A DNA stretch of 64,000 nt from Strigamia acuminata (lineage: Eukaryota), in contig OX442314.1 of NCBI GenBank assembly GCA_949358305.1, forward strand, positions 31,062,001 through 31,126,000. The letters are read 5' to 3'. Under the pieces are notes generated by a model. The model had not been told where the DNA came from. It was given only the letters and a program-made list of their open reading frames with translations, and did not search any database. A program made the translations under genes and the position numbers. Below, one piece after another: positions 22,257 through 35,000 of the stretch; within the stretch, counting starts at the first letter, position 1, and every line of letters starts with the position of its first letter.

Positions 22257-25094
22257 TTATTTAGGCAACATGTCCGTCGAATGATCGTTTGGATCTTTGT
22301 GCTCGGTGACGGTGCACAAAGATCGGCCGGCGTTCGGTCCTGACCGGAAGCCGGGGTTGATGTGAAGCCACACTTGTTTTATGCGGTTCACACCATCCCT
22401 TCGTCCAAAACCCATCTCGAAATACTCCTGCGGGTCTTGAGGCGTAATTCGGGCGAACACCAGGCGTTGATGCAGGATCCACGGCTGTTGTTCTTTGATG
22501 TGGTTCTCCAGCCACGCGAGGACTCGATTGCAGAGATCCTCGTTGTTTTGGAGAATCGTCTTCGTTGCGCTCGTTATGAAGCAGAAGGCGTATATCGAGC
22601 GTAAGCGTTGATAGGCTGTGAGGTAGGTGGCCATATTCAATCCCCTATCTCTTGGCGGCGAATCCTTTGGAGGTGGCGGTGGTGGCGGCGATTTCTTGCA
22701 GATCGAGAGCGATCTGGATCTGCGCGAAGCCGGGGCGCGCGTCTTTGGTCTTGCACCGCTGGCCACAGGCACGACGAACTCGCGATCGTCGCTGTCGATC
22801 CACTCCATTGGAGACGAGATGTTGCAACTCGGTGCCTCGGTTGCACGGGAAACACTCGACGTTGCCGTGATGGCAGCGTGGAGTGGAGCTGCGGATGACG
22901 GTGGTGCGCCAGCGGGACGGGCGGTAGCTCGTTCCGCTGCGCGTCGCTGCTTCAGCGCAGCCCATTCCTGCCGTAGTCGAATGGCGGATCCAGCCGGAGT
23001 TTCGCCAGTCGCCTCGGCTTGTTGCGTCAATTCGGCGAGCATCGTTGGAGGATCGGGGCGAACTGACTCCCAATCGTCCAGCAAGGCTCGTGGAAGCCCT
23101 AACGGCACGGTCCACAATCGGGTGGCGGCCGCCAGAGCCATTCGTAGGTCAGGAAAGACTCCTTGGAACAGGATTCTAAGTAGTCCTTCCGACAGCTTCC
23201 TGTGCATCTTCTGCAACATTCGTTGCAGTTGCTTGTCGGACTTGCACGACTCCAATTCTCGGGCAAGCCATTGCCATTCCTTCTCACCTTCGCGGATCTG
23301 AGCGAGCTGGTATTCGTCCAGATGCGCGAGGTACATCGTTTGGGCTGTCTCGGGAAATGATGAGAATCGTCTCCAGAGATCAGCGCACTCCTGTGCGGGA
23401 AATGGTTCCGGAGAGATGTGTGATCTCTCAAAACGAATGACCGTTGTCACTTGTGGCACGGGCACTGATGGGTCTGGTCGCATGTCGCTGGTGACTGGAC
23501 GGCAAGCGAACGGCAAAGAGGTGTTGACGTCTCCTTGACCGGCTTGCAATGCGGCGATGCGTCTATCTTCTTTCGCTATCTCGTCCGACCAGTCAATCCG
23601 GCCGGAGGAGGAAGCGCTAAGCTGTGAAGCGTTGGATCGTTCTTCACGCGACGAGAGTGAACTCCTCGTGGAAGATTGGCGCGATTGCACTCGAGGTCGG
23701 CTTCGGGATGTGGGTCTCGACACGGACTTCGAATGTCTTTTTGGCGGCGTCGACTCGCGTCGGTGATGCGAGCGATGACGAGTCTTTTGAAGTGGAGGTA
23801 ACCCTCCAATGGCGCCTTCCCCCGACGACTGTGTTGGGGAGGAGCGACGGCCACTGTAAGGCGACCTCGATGATCGTGACCTCGACGTGGAGCGCGGTGG
23901 CACCACGTGGATGGTGGAAGCGACCTGTACCCGGGGCTCAGGCTCTGGATACGGGTTTGGCACGAAATCAGCATGGAAACATCCGCCCATGGCTAATTGA
24001 TGCATTTCCGACTGGCATGTCGGCACCCAACGTTTCTTTCCGTCTGTTGTTACACGGAAAGATTCGTGGTAGAGGCGTACAACCTCGGCCTTGGTTTGGT
24101 CAAGACGTTGGAAGATGTCCTCCAAAATCTGTCGACGCTCCCACGCAGGAGCGTTGAAGTAACGGCGATGGTCTCGCGTTTCTTGAGCGATCACTGTGAA
24201 GGCGAAGTCGAGCAACACGTTTCGCAGTGGTCCGAAGGTGTCGCGCTTCATTGCCCACTCGAGGGCGTCGCGATGACCAAATCCATCGATTAAATAGGCG
24301 ATCCGAAACTTCGTTCCCCATCGCTTGTTTAAGGATCTGGAGAACTTGTGGCGGGCCGCCCAAAACGTCAGTCTCCCCTTGGACTTGATGATTTCCGGCG
24401 GCAATGCATGTCGCCAGACTCCAGGATCGGTCGGAACATCGGGGTGCAGTTCGAGATGCGTCTCCCGAAGCTGGATGATCTGTAAAATATTCGAAGAAAT
24501 AATTAAAATCCATTTTTTCGTGTAAAATAATTATTTCCGAATTTTCAGTGAATAAAATCACGGGTGAGATTTCATTCGATAGTTTAGATTCATTAAATTT
24601 TTCAAAATATTTGAAAAATCGTGAAAAACGTTGTTTTCGACGGCTATGTTTCAATGTTGGAGCGTTACCGTAGCAACGCCTCAAAAACGGGACACAGCGC
24701 CATCTGGTGATAAAAATGGCGGCGCCTTCTTATGAAGACGTTACCAACGAACTTTTTGCTTTTTTGAGCGAAAAATGCACTTTTAATTACTTTTCATGAC
24801 TGAAAGGTAATTTTATTTTAACTAATTTACCCGATCGTGTCTTTGTGCACGCGTTTCGCCATTCGGATCGGCGAATAGACCTCCTCGTAGGCGGGGTTGG
24901 GGCGGCGTGACCGGTAAATGGGCAGCAGCGTCGGCCAGAGCGGCTTGAGCTTCGGCGGACGCTTCGGCGGACTCTTCGGTGACATCCACGGATGCATTCG
25001 AAGTGTTTGCAGAACCAAGCAACGTCGAATTTGTTTCTAATTCGAGGCTGTTGGCGCCGGCTTCGCTTCCTTCTTTCGGTTCCTCTTCTTCCAT
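22257..25094 (-). CDS. Element A ORF3: spliced, about 828-aa Arg/Ser-rich accessory protein, not env
   Basis: Exon 25094-24831, phase-0 intron 24830-24480 (GTAAAT..TTTACAG), exon 24479-22257 in frame with the 715-aa ORF. Confidence 0.8.
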
Positions 25095-25304
25095 TTGAAC
25101 GACTAATCCAAATGGAGAAGAAAAATGAAAACTAATTTATTAGTTTTTCCTTGGAAAATTTCAAAGAAAAAACTACTTACAAGTGAAGAATCTCGTTGAA
25201 ATAATCCGATTGTTTCGCTTTTGGTTTTTTGGAGATGAGCACTTAACACACGTGTGAGATCGAAGTGAACTCAGACGCGAAGTGATCAGTTCAAATACCG
25301 GAAG

Positions 25305-26816
25305 TTACGTTTGGGTAACGTCGTTGTTAGTGACGTCATCCAATCTTATCGTTTGATTGGTTTGCGTATGGCTTGGGGAATTGCTCCTTACGTCATACGG
25401 CTGATCTCTGGATCTCGAGGTTATCGAGGGGAGAAGACACATGTTGTTTTTTCCTCTCGGTTTACGAGTCCGAAGATTATATCTCTTTGTCGGCGAGGGA
25501 TTTATTGTATTTAAATCGCCGTCTTCATTGTCATCGGAGACTGAGTCAGATGAGTCTTTTATTTCAGATGTTTTTTGTTTCTTTTCTAAAAACACCTTTT
25601 TATTTAATTTTTTAGCAATTTCAAGCTTTTTGAAACTGTCACGAAGTTCAACGTCGTTATTCACGAGGTCTGACTCTATTTGTGGTTTGGATGAATTATC
25701 GACAGGTATTTTCTTTAATTCATCGTCATCTAACGTATTAATTATATTTTCAGTCTTTTGACCGACTTCTTCGCCTTCTAACCATACTTCCTGATCGAAA
25801 CTCGGGAAATACGGGGTTAATTCCGACGAATGGACAGCTGGAAATATTTCGTTATTCTCTAGCTTTCTCAATTCTACGGATCCTCCCTGTAATACTTTGG
25901 TTATTACATAAGGTCCTGTTCTTTTATCAGCGATGCCAGCTGCAATGCTGCGGGCAGCACTCGACAAAACATGAGAATCTCTCCAAACTAAATTATTTAA
26001 TTTAAAATTGGAGAACTTCTCACCTTTTTTAAGATTAACTCGTCTACGCAAATCTAACACATGTGACATCATGTGTTGATATGTTTCGGCGATAACGGCT
26101 TCTAATTTCTGCACGTATAAATGTGGGTTTTTTGGATCTACGACCAAAATTCCTTCAGGTATTCTTGGATCCCAAGGTACTCTGAGTTCGCGAAAAAAGT
26201 TAAGAAATGCGGGAGAGAAGTCTCTTCCTCTCGTCACCGTAGTTCTCAAACTAAATGCGAATTCACGCAAATATTCGTCCCATTTGGAATGAACAGATGA
26301 ATAAATTGCAACAAGATATTTGATGTCACGGTTAACCCTTTCAACCGGGTTAGCTTGTGGGTGATACGTTGAAGTTGGTGTTGGAACCATCTTGAACTTT
26401 TCACAAATTTTTTTAAAGACTTGGGCACGGAATTGCGGGCCGTTATCAGAAATAATTTTTCGAGGGAATCCCATGCTCATGGAAAGGTGATAAATGCAAT
26501 TTGCTACTTTTCCAGCAGTGGGGTTACACATTGGATATAATTCTGGCCAATGAGTTGCCACGTCAAGTATGACTAAAATATGTGTGTTGTTTTTGCGCGT
26601 CCGAGGTTTCGGGCCGGTCAAATCAACACTTAGGCAGTCAAATGGGCTGTAAGGACCCATTTGCGCTGCTTCAATTTGTCCTTTCGTTCGAGGTTTGCAA
26701 GCTTGACAACGCTCGCAGTGTCGAATGAATCTCGTAATGTCCGATTTCATGCCTTTCCAGGTATAAATTCGGCGTGCTCGATAAAGAGTTCTTGCAATTC
26801 CTGGGTGACCAGAAAG
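25305..26816 (-). CDS. pol: Element A pol, 3' part (integrase)
   Basis: H..CxxC zinc finger, DLTG, ISDNGPQF, NPVER DDE core and GPY motif; in frame with 41061-44027 once B is removed. Confidence 0.95.
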   Translation of the reverse strand, partial: LSGHPGIARTLYRARRIYTWKGMKSDITRFIRHCERCQACKPRTKGQIEAAQMGPYSPFDCLSVDLTGPKPRTRKNNTHILVILDVATHWPELYPMCNPTAGKVANCIYHLSMSMGFPRKIISDNGPQFRAQVFKKICEKFKMVPTPTSTYHPQANPVERVNRDIKYLVAIYSSVHSKWDEYLREFAFSLRTTVTRGRDFSPAFLNFFRELRVPWDPRIPEGILVVDPKNPHLYVQKLEAVIAETYQHMMSHVLDLRRRVNLKKGEKFSNFKLNNLVWRDSHVLSSAARSIAAGIADKRTGPYVITKVLQGGSVELRKLENNEIFPAVHSSELTPYFPSFDQEVWLEGEEVGQKTENIINTLDDDELKKIPVDNSSKPQIESDLVNNDVELRDSFKKLEIAKKLNKKVFLEKKQKTSEIKDSSDSVSDDNEDGDLNTINPSPTKRYNLRTRKPRGKNNMCLLPSITSRSRDQPYDVRSNSPSHTQTNQTIRLDDVTNNDVTQT

Positions 26817-26820
26817 TGGG

Positions 26821-28562
26821 TATGACGGTTTATAAGTGCTATTTATTAATAACACGGCCGAATTGAAAGTGTTTTCGGCCAAACCTGCATTTGTCAATGC
26901 TCCGAGTCACCACTAGATGGCGCGATTATAATTCAGCGGTAAATTCGAATTGCGAGTTAAGAAAACTGGTAAATAAATATAAGAATATATTTATTTGTAT
27001 GAAACAACACTTTATTAGGATTAATATAAATATATATTAAATGATTATTGTTCACACTAAAGTGATGGGAATCTCTAGTTCAGCAGAAACGGAGATTTGA
27101 TAATCCATCGATCAACCGATCAATGTGATTGGTGGATCCATTTCCGGTCCTGGGTATCCAGTTCCGGTTGTGGTGTGAATTAGCATATTGCTCCTCTGTA
27201 TCCACTTCCGGCGATACGGGATTGGAGGGATTCGTGGAACCCATGTTCCAATTGGTTGATTGGATTAATCCCTAATCCAGTCAGGTTATATAAACCCAAA
27301 CAACCGGCCATTCCGCAGCTCTGTTTGATTATTTCTGTTTGGTATTGTTACTTAAGAAATATGATTCGTTGTTCACGTAAAAAACCTTTTGGTTCTTTGT
27401 TGATTTATTCGCAAAGAACCGTTGCATGATTCTACAGAATCATGCCACCGCCGGCAATTGAAGTCGAAGTGCTGGGATCATTATGTTGCATAAATGTTAC
27501 AGTTTACGGTTGCGACGCCGAAGGAGAACCCGCCGTTGTGCAATTCAGTATCCTCCGGACAGGACCATGTGGTCTTTCTCGGTATGAACGTATTCCGTTA
27601 CCGCGAGTAGCATCGGTATTGTTGAGAATTGGTTCCTTCACCGGATGGTGCCAAAGCAGTCTGTTTTACAGTAACCACGAGTAGCACCAAGTGTTTGGCA
27701 AGCTGATTCTCATGGTATTCGATGCCAAAGTAGTCGGTCTATTATTAGTACCGCGAGAGATTATACTGCTGTGCGGAGCCGCGAGCTATCGACTCCTGTG
27801 TACGTGATACCGTCAATCGCTAGACGAACGACCGTGTTGCGACGCAGGGGACGCTTGATACCGTTCTGCATTGCAAGGCGTATATTTCTTTCGATGGCAA
27901 TTGTGTGTTGCGACGGGAAGCTTAATCTTCATTTTATTTATAACAGCAAAACTTAACTTGACAACCAGTTGGACAAATCAAGTCTAAAGACTTAATCTTA
28001 TATTTAACTCAATATAACCGATAAAGTTGACGACAACTTATCCGCGAAATATCTAATAGAAACTCACAACGACACGAATTAAATATAATTCGTAAGCGGA
28101 ATATTGATAAGTAAATGGATACATTTACTTACACCAATATCCTCCCAAAGTTGTGGCGGTGCAGACAAAGTCAACCGCAATGCTCAGATCATTCGATTTA
28201 TCGACGTGCGATAATTTACACAAGCGAACCAAGAAACCAGCGAAGCCGTATCGGACTCCAGAACGCAGCCATCCGGCTTAAGATGACATCTATAATCAGG
28301 TCGAGCGATGGGGAAACCGCTCCCATCCCACGGACACGTAATGATATTATTTTAGGGTCATTTGGCCAAACCATTTGTATAGTTTAGTAGTTATCTAACG
28401 GGCCAAATGTCGGCATTAGTCTTATGTACAATTTAGCATTGATATTATTGTTTACCAACAATAAACTGTCTTGTAGTTATCTCGTATTATATTCACTGTT
28501 TATTTATTGCGATCTCTTCCCGGTACCATTGTTAAATGGGAGTTGTGGTCGTCACCGTCACA
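26821..28562 (+). repeat. Element B 5' LTR
   Basis: TATGACGG...CCGTCACA termini; TATATAAA at 27287; AATAAA at 28460. Confidence 0.97.
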
Positions 28563-28564
28563 CG

Positions 28565-28583
28565 TGGAGGTCCCACCGAGATT
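28565..28583 (+). promoter_or_regulatory. PBS complementary to tRNA-Gln
   Basis: TGGAGGTCCCACCGAGATT two nucleotides after the LTR. Confidence 0.9.
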
Positions 28584-29633
28584 AGGTTGCAATTAAATTC
28601 GATTGAATTGCAACAGTGAATATTGGAGATAAATATTTAACTAAAAGATTTAGTTAAAAATAGACAGATTAGATTTTCAGTTTATATTTCCATGTGAAGA
28701 AGTTAAACTGATGAAATAGAAATGTGTAGTAGATTTTTCTTAATTATTTTCGTTCGAAGATTTAAGGGATTTCAAAGACTACCATCTAATCTCACACGGA
28801 GATCAGGTTGCAATTAATTCGATTGAATTGTAAAAGTGAATTTCTTTTTGAGATAAATAAAGACCAGAAAATTTTGTAAATAAAATTTTACAAAATACAG
28901 TTTTAGAAAGCATATTTTGTTTTCTCGAAGAAAACAGGATTATACAATTCTAGACAAAGGAATTGCAACCAGATTTTTAAATCTATCACACGATGGCTGA
29001 GATAGGTTTATTCGAAGTATTAAATACTAAAAACTCCAGGAGAATTCGATGAATATAATTACAGAATAGCTGTATTTTTGGTATTTATTTTATTTTGAAA
29101 ATATAGAAATACAAAACGAGTTTGAACATGTTTTAAACGAATCACAAGAAAAGAAAATCTTGATAAATATATGGAATTTCGAAGTAAATCCAGTACTAAG
29201 GAGAAGTTACATGATTGGAAACAATTAACAAAATTTATTAACAGTAAATTTATTTTATTTTTCGTGAATTGTACAATTTTTGGGAATATTTACGAATATC
29301 ACTCGAAGGAATTTTATTTTATCGGTGAAAAAAAAAAAAAAAAACTAAAAAAGTCAAAAAGAACGGACTTAGTAGAGAACTGATAACGAAAATGATACGT
29401 TCGTTATACAATCATTTGATAACGAACCAGCCAATCAGGAACTAGGAGATCTAAGGATCCCCAGCCCCCTGCTATTAAAGGAGAGCCAGATCAGACTGAG
29501 ATCATTCGCTTCCAGACCAGACCAGCAGACGTGTTTCAGTAACCATCCTGACCGCGCCATCCGATCCTAGTTACGATTCGAAGTTCCCTCGCTAAATTAG
29601 TAAGACGACCGATTCAATTATATTTTTATAAAA

Positions 29634-32016
29634 ATGGATCCAAACAATCTTCCTAACGAAGAGAAAGTGGCCGAAGAAAAAGCCGCAGAAGAAGTCTCTA
29701 GCTTGGATTCAAGTTATGTAAAACTTTGTGATCAAACGGAAATGATTCCCGATGAACTCACACAGTTTTGTACGCATTATGAACTAGATAGAACACAGTT
29801 CAATACCATAATTGAAGCTTCTGAATTTGTGACGAAGCGGGCGTTACGTAACATACGTATTAATCCAACTCCGGAAAAACGAGTAGAACTTTCGAAGGAG
29901 AGTTTGGCAAAACATAATTCTGAAAAGGACTCAATTCCTTCGCCAAAAGATCTGCCGGAAGAAAACAGATCACGATCTAAAACTCCACAACGCAAGTTGG
30001 GAGATCAAGCAAGAGTTAAAACTCCGTCAGTTCACAATCAAGATATTCGAGAGTTATTTCGAACATCAAGCAAGGAATCGCTTGATCGGTCCAGTTTGGG
30101 AAATAGAACTCCTCACTCCCACAACGCCAGTTGTCACAATACTCCAAGTATTTCGGAGGCCGGAGGATCTAATTTTTCAACTTTTCAACCTGAAAATGCT
30201 AAAAAGCAACCCAATCCGCATATTTATACGGAAAATGGGACGAGACATTTTGCCAAACAAACCCCTAAAGGGCGAGGCAATAAATCCGCCATTCGACGGA
30301 AGTTATCTCCACTACCATCTCCAGTCTTACCTCAAAATCGACAAGAACAATTAAGATTAGACGAAGTGGAAAAAGAGCGACTTCGTCAAGCAGCAATTAA
30401 TCAAAAGAAGATTAATGACGAAAAAATTCGTCAAAATAAGCTCAACGAAGAAGCTGCTAAACAAGCCGAAGTTCGTAAGAAGGCGGCAGAAGACGAAGAA
30501 ATCCAACAAGTTGCCAGCAGCCAAGATAAGACCTCACCAGGTCAAGTGTTGAATTTAGATTTTAACAAACTCTTAGACGAAATCCAGAGACAACGGGATG
30601 AGTTGAACCAACGACAAAAAGAACTCGAAGAAACGACAACTCTTTTACATCGCGCCGAAGACAGCCAAAGGGATAGAGAAAAACTCTTAAATTCTCGTCT
30701 TAATCTTGCGTCATCCACCCATGCTAGTAACGGAAGTGTACCTCGGGACGAGTCAAACCCCTCACGTGCGTCAACGGGTGACGTTCCAAGTGCACACTCT
30801 TCTGCAGGAAGCTCTACCGGAACTAGACTTCCCTCGGAAGAAACCAATATGTCGTTTGAATATATGCTAAAGATGCAACAAAATATGGCCGCCCAATTCC
30901 AAAAACAATTGGATAGTCGAATGGATACATTCGTTCAAACTCAACAAGCTACTGGACCTCAACGGTCTAATAATCCAGGACCCAGTAAAGTCTTTTTCAA
31001 AGGACAAGACCTTCCAGTTTTCGATGGAAAACAGGAGGATATAGATAAATTTTTATCAGTAGCTAAAACAGTAGCTATTTCCAAGGGACTGACCCTGGAC
31101 GAGATGGTTAATCAAGGTATTCCAACCTACTTGTCAGGATTGGCCCAACAATGGTATGATGAGAATAAAACCAAGTTTACCAACTGGGAAACCTTCGTAG
31201 AATCATTTCGTGAAGAATTCGACATGTTTCCAACTACTCGACTCCGAAATTTACGAAAAAGTAATCCAAGGAGACGATGAACCTTTATATGAATTTCTAG
31301 TCAGATTCACTAAAGCCCAAGGATCGTACTCCGAAAGAGGAAATGTTGCCACGCTTTTCGACAACTTGAATTGGACAAGTTACAATAGATTAATCGATCG
31401 AAATCTATACAGGAGCGATTCAGTAGATAAAATCTTTCAATTCGTACGAACGAATAGAGCACTCTTTGAACCCCAAAGAATCCGTACAGAGAATTCCAAA
31501 GAAATTGATAAAGTAGTATCTAACAACCAGAAGTATTCTAAGGATACAAAAAACACGAGACCTTCTGCCCGATCCACCCAAATGATGGAAATAGAGCCGG
31601 AAGAGGAAACAACTGAAGTCAATGACTTGACAGAAAATAACATATCAATGGATAATTTATTATGTGCCATGTCAGAAAATCAGACAGGGAAATGTTTTCA
31701 TTGTAAACAACCAGGTCATTTCAAAAGAGAATGTCCTCTGCTTCCAAAGCGAAAATTTAGCAATAATTTCCCTGGAAATAATAATTCCAATAACAATAGC
31801 GCTAATCAGCAACCGAACGAATTTAAGCGACCACGCCAAAATTGGGTAACTGCCGAAGCTATTGATCAAAAAATGGAAGAATTAAAAACTGACATGCAGA
31901 CTAGTATGCAAACTACGATAAGTAAGACAGTGTCGGATTTATTTAGTAAATTCTTAGACCCGAAGAACGCCACTACGGCACCAATTACTGAAACCCCACT
32001 GGTTCCAAAAAACTAG
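29634..32016 (+). CDS. gag: Element B gag, split by a frameshift near 31230
   Basis: Coiled coil, capsid motif LPVFDG..L.G.AQQWY, zinc knuckle CFHCKQPGHFKREC. Confidence 0.9.
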
Positions 32017-32060
32017 TGGCGGGGGTCCTCGAACCCCCTATCATCAATTCCGGAGGAATT
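32007..32060 (+). promoter_or_regulatory. -1 ribosomal frameshift signal (gag-pol, element B)
   Basis: A AAA AAC before the gag stop, followed by a GGGGGT/ACCCCC stem; the -1 frame is pol. Confidence 0.85.
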
Positions 32061-35000
32061 TTACCACCAGACTTGGAACAAGCACTTTCCGAAACTTTGG
32101 ATAATTTGACTATTCAAGATAAAGAAATTAAGCGTGCTCGGCCTAACCGGAAGACACGGAAAAGAAACTGGAATTATAAGTTTAAAATCGCATCAAATAC
32201 ACCCTTTTCGGCAGAGGAGACAGCAAACCCGTTCTTGAATTTTCACGACGACCTGTTTTCTCTAGATAAGGGGGACGAATCTTTAGCTCGACTAATACAA
32301 GATACGTCCAATCTTAATATTCGCGACGAATCCACCAGTTCTAGTGGAGGGGTATTCGAGAATTTACAATCAATGATTGATAATTTGAATCCCGACTCCA
32401 AATCTTCCAGATTTGCGAGATTAAAATCTTACATTAACAAGAATCAGTTAAAACGAAAAGATGGCATTGAACGAATTAATAAATTGGGAAATCACATCGA
32501 CGACCCCCGAATGAAAATTACGATAGGTGGACTCACCTACAATGCGTTGATGGACTCAGGAGCCACACAGTGTTTTATTGGGTTACAATTACTAAGTAAA
32601 ACTTGTGCATCTCCCGATTTCATACAAGATTGTCCGAAACACATGAGAGTTTGCGCAGTTGGAGTTACTCATATTCCACTGGGACAAATTACTTTGTGTG
32701 TACAATGGGCAGACGGAGCAGAATTCACACCGATAAATTTTATCATTTTGGATAATAATGTGTGTGGATTAATTATCGGGCATAATTTTATGCGCCGAAC
32801 TAAGATTAATTTAAATCCAGCACGAGCTGTATTTACTTGCGACAGCAAGTCCGACTGGACTGCACCCTACGAAACTGACGAGTTGAATTGTAATTTAGCT
32901 CGAGTACAAATATTGACTGACAATACAACAGCCACACACACACCAGATAATTGGGAAGAATTGTTGGTGAAGGATTGTGACTGTTCAGATGAGGAGAAAA
33001 GTAAATTACGTGAAGTAATTGCTAGTGTTAAGAACGTCTTTAGGGATAAAGTCGGATGTACTAACATAATAAAGCACAAGATCACCTTTAAAAAGGATGT
33101 AACGTGGAAAAAACAACCGTTTCGAATGTATAACCCTGCTAAAATAGCCATTATGACTAAATTAGTAGAAGAATTAGAAGCGGATAATTTGATCGAAAGA
33201 GCTACTGGACCTTACATAAGTCATCCAGTGATCGTAGCCAAACCAAATGGTACTTATCGTTTATGTATCGATTATCGGTGGTTGAATGCAATCACCGAAA
33301 TCAACGCCATACAAATGCCAAGTATTGATTTGTTACTCCACAATACAAATCAGGCAAAATATTTCACGTCTCTTGACCTTACCAAAGGTTATTATCAGGT
33401 CGAGATGGACGAGGAAGATAGACAGAAAACAGCCTTTTATACTCCGAAAGGCAATTACCAATTTGTCCGCATGCCTTTTGGTCTTTGCAATGCGCCGTGT
33501 ACATTTCAGTTCTTAACGGAACGAGTGATGGGCGAAGCATTATACAAACACGCGTTAGTCTATTTGGACGACGTGATAATCTTCTCCACCACTTGGGAGA
33601 AACATCTTGAACATATCAAAGATGTGTTAGAAAGACTAGATAAGGCCAACTTATCAGTAAATAAAGAGAAATCAAAGTTTGGAAAAACTACACTCAAATT
33701 TTTGGGTCATTTGATAACTCCAACTGGATTAGCACCTGACCCAGACAAGATAGTATCCGTTAGGAAATATCCAACTCCTAAGAATTCCAAGGATATTCAA
33801 CGTTTTCACGGCCTGTCAAATTTCTTCCGGAAATTTATTCCCGAACATGCAAAAATTACTAGGCCTCTAACTAGCATGATGCATGATAAAGCAGTGTTCG
33901 AATGGGGAAAAGAACAAGAGACAGCTTTTGAGGCCATAAAAAATATTTTATGCGACGAAACCCAAGTTTTGTTAATGCCAGATATGATGAAACCATTCGT
34001 AATCTTGACAGACGCGTCACATGATGGACTTGGTAGTGTGTTATGCCAAGATGTGGAATTCTTCGATGAAGGAAAAAGAGAAATGATCATGACTCCTAGA
34101 CCCGTAGCTTATGCTAGTCGAGTCTTACGAGGGGCAGAAGTACGCTACTCAACACCCGAACTCGAGTGTTTAGCAGTAGTGTGGGCAGTCGACAAATTCC
34201 GACCGTATATCGAATATACGACATTTACTTTGGAATCAGACGCCGAAGCATTGAAATGGCTGATGGGAACACCAGAACCTTCGGGACGATTTGGTCGTTG
34301 GGCAATCAAACTTCAATGTGGCGCCTTTAAGATTAAATATCGACGAGGTACCCAGAATCAAGTTGCCGATGCCTTCTCGAGAGCGCCTTTGGAAATCGAA
34401 GATATTCCAGAGAATGATTATTGTGAGCCAATCGAGATTACTCAATTCTGGCCGGAATGGGACGGAAATCGAGAAATTATTCGAAGGAATAATAGAGAAG
34501 ATTGCCAATTTCTAACGAATGTGCAGCTTCATTTCGATTATTCCAAATTATTATACAATACTTTGGAAAAGGGGGAGAAGATGGATGAAGCTACAGAAGA
34601 AACACTATTTAGTGCTTTAACTGAAGTTTTAAAGGAAGTTCCACCGACTCGAGAAGAGATTATAGAAGCTCAACTGGCCGATAAAGAGTGTAGAATGATA
34701 ATCGATCATCTGAAACGGGATGAAATCGAACAAAGAAAGTTTAAGAAAACTAAAGAATGGATGAAAGCAGTCCAAGGTTACCAATTAGATTTTCAAGAAG
34801 AAAATGGTAATGAAATGCTGATTTATTTCAAACCAACGTTTGAAGAGGAATTGAATGACTCCGGAAACGGATTTAAAGCTGTCATTCCACCTTCATTAGT
34901 ACGAAGAGTACTGTTTGCCTGTCACGGACATCCATTAAGTGGACATGCAGGGATGAGTAAAACGCTCGAACGAGCGAAACTCATATATTACTGGCCGAAA

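Noticed and set aside
26817..26897. N-terminus of the 530-aa ORF (and C-terminus of the 998-aa ORF at 40998-41060)
   Set aside because: Read-through into B LTR sequence, not real pol residues
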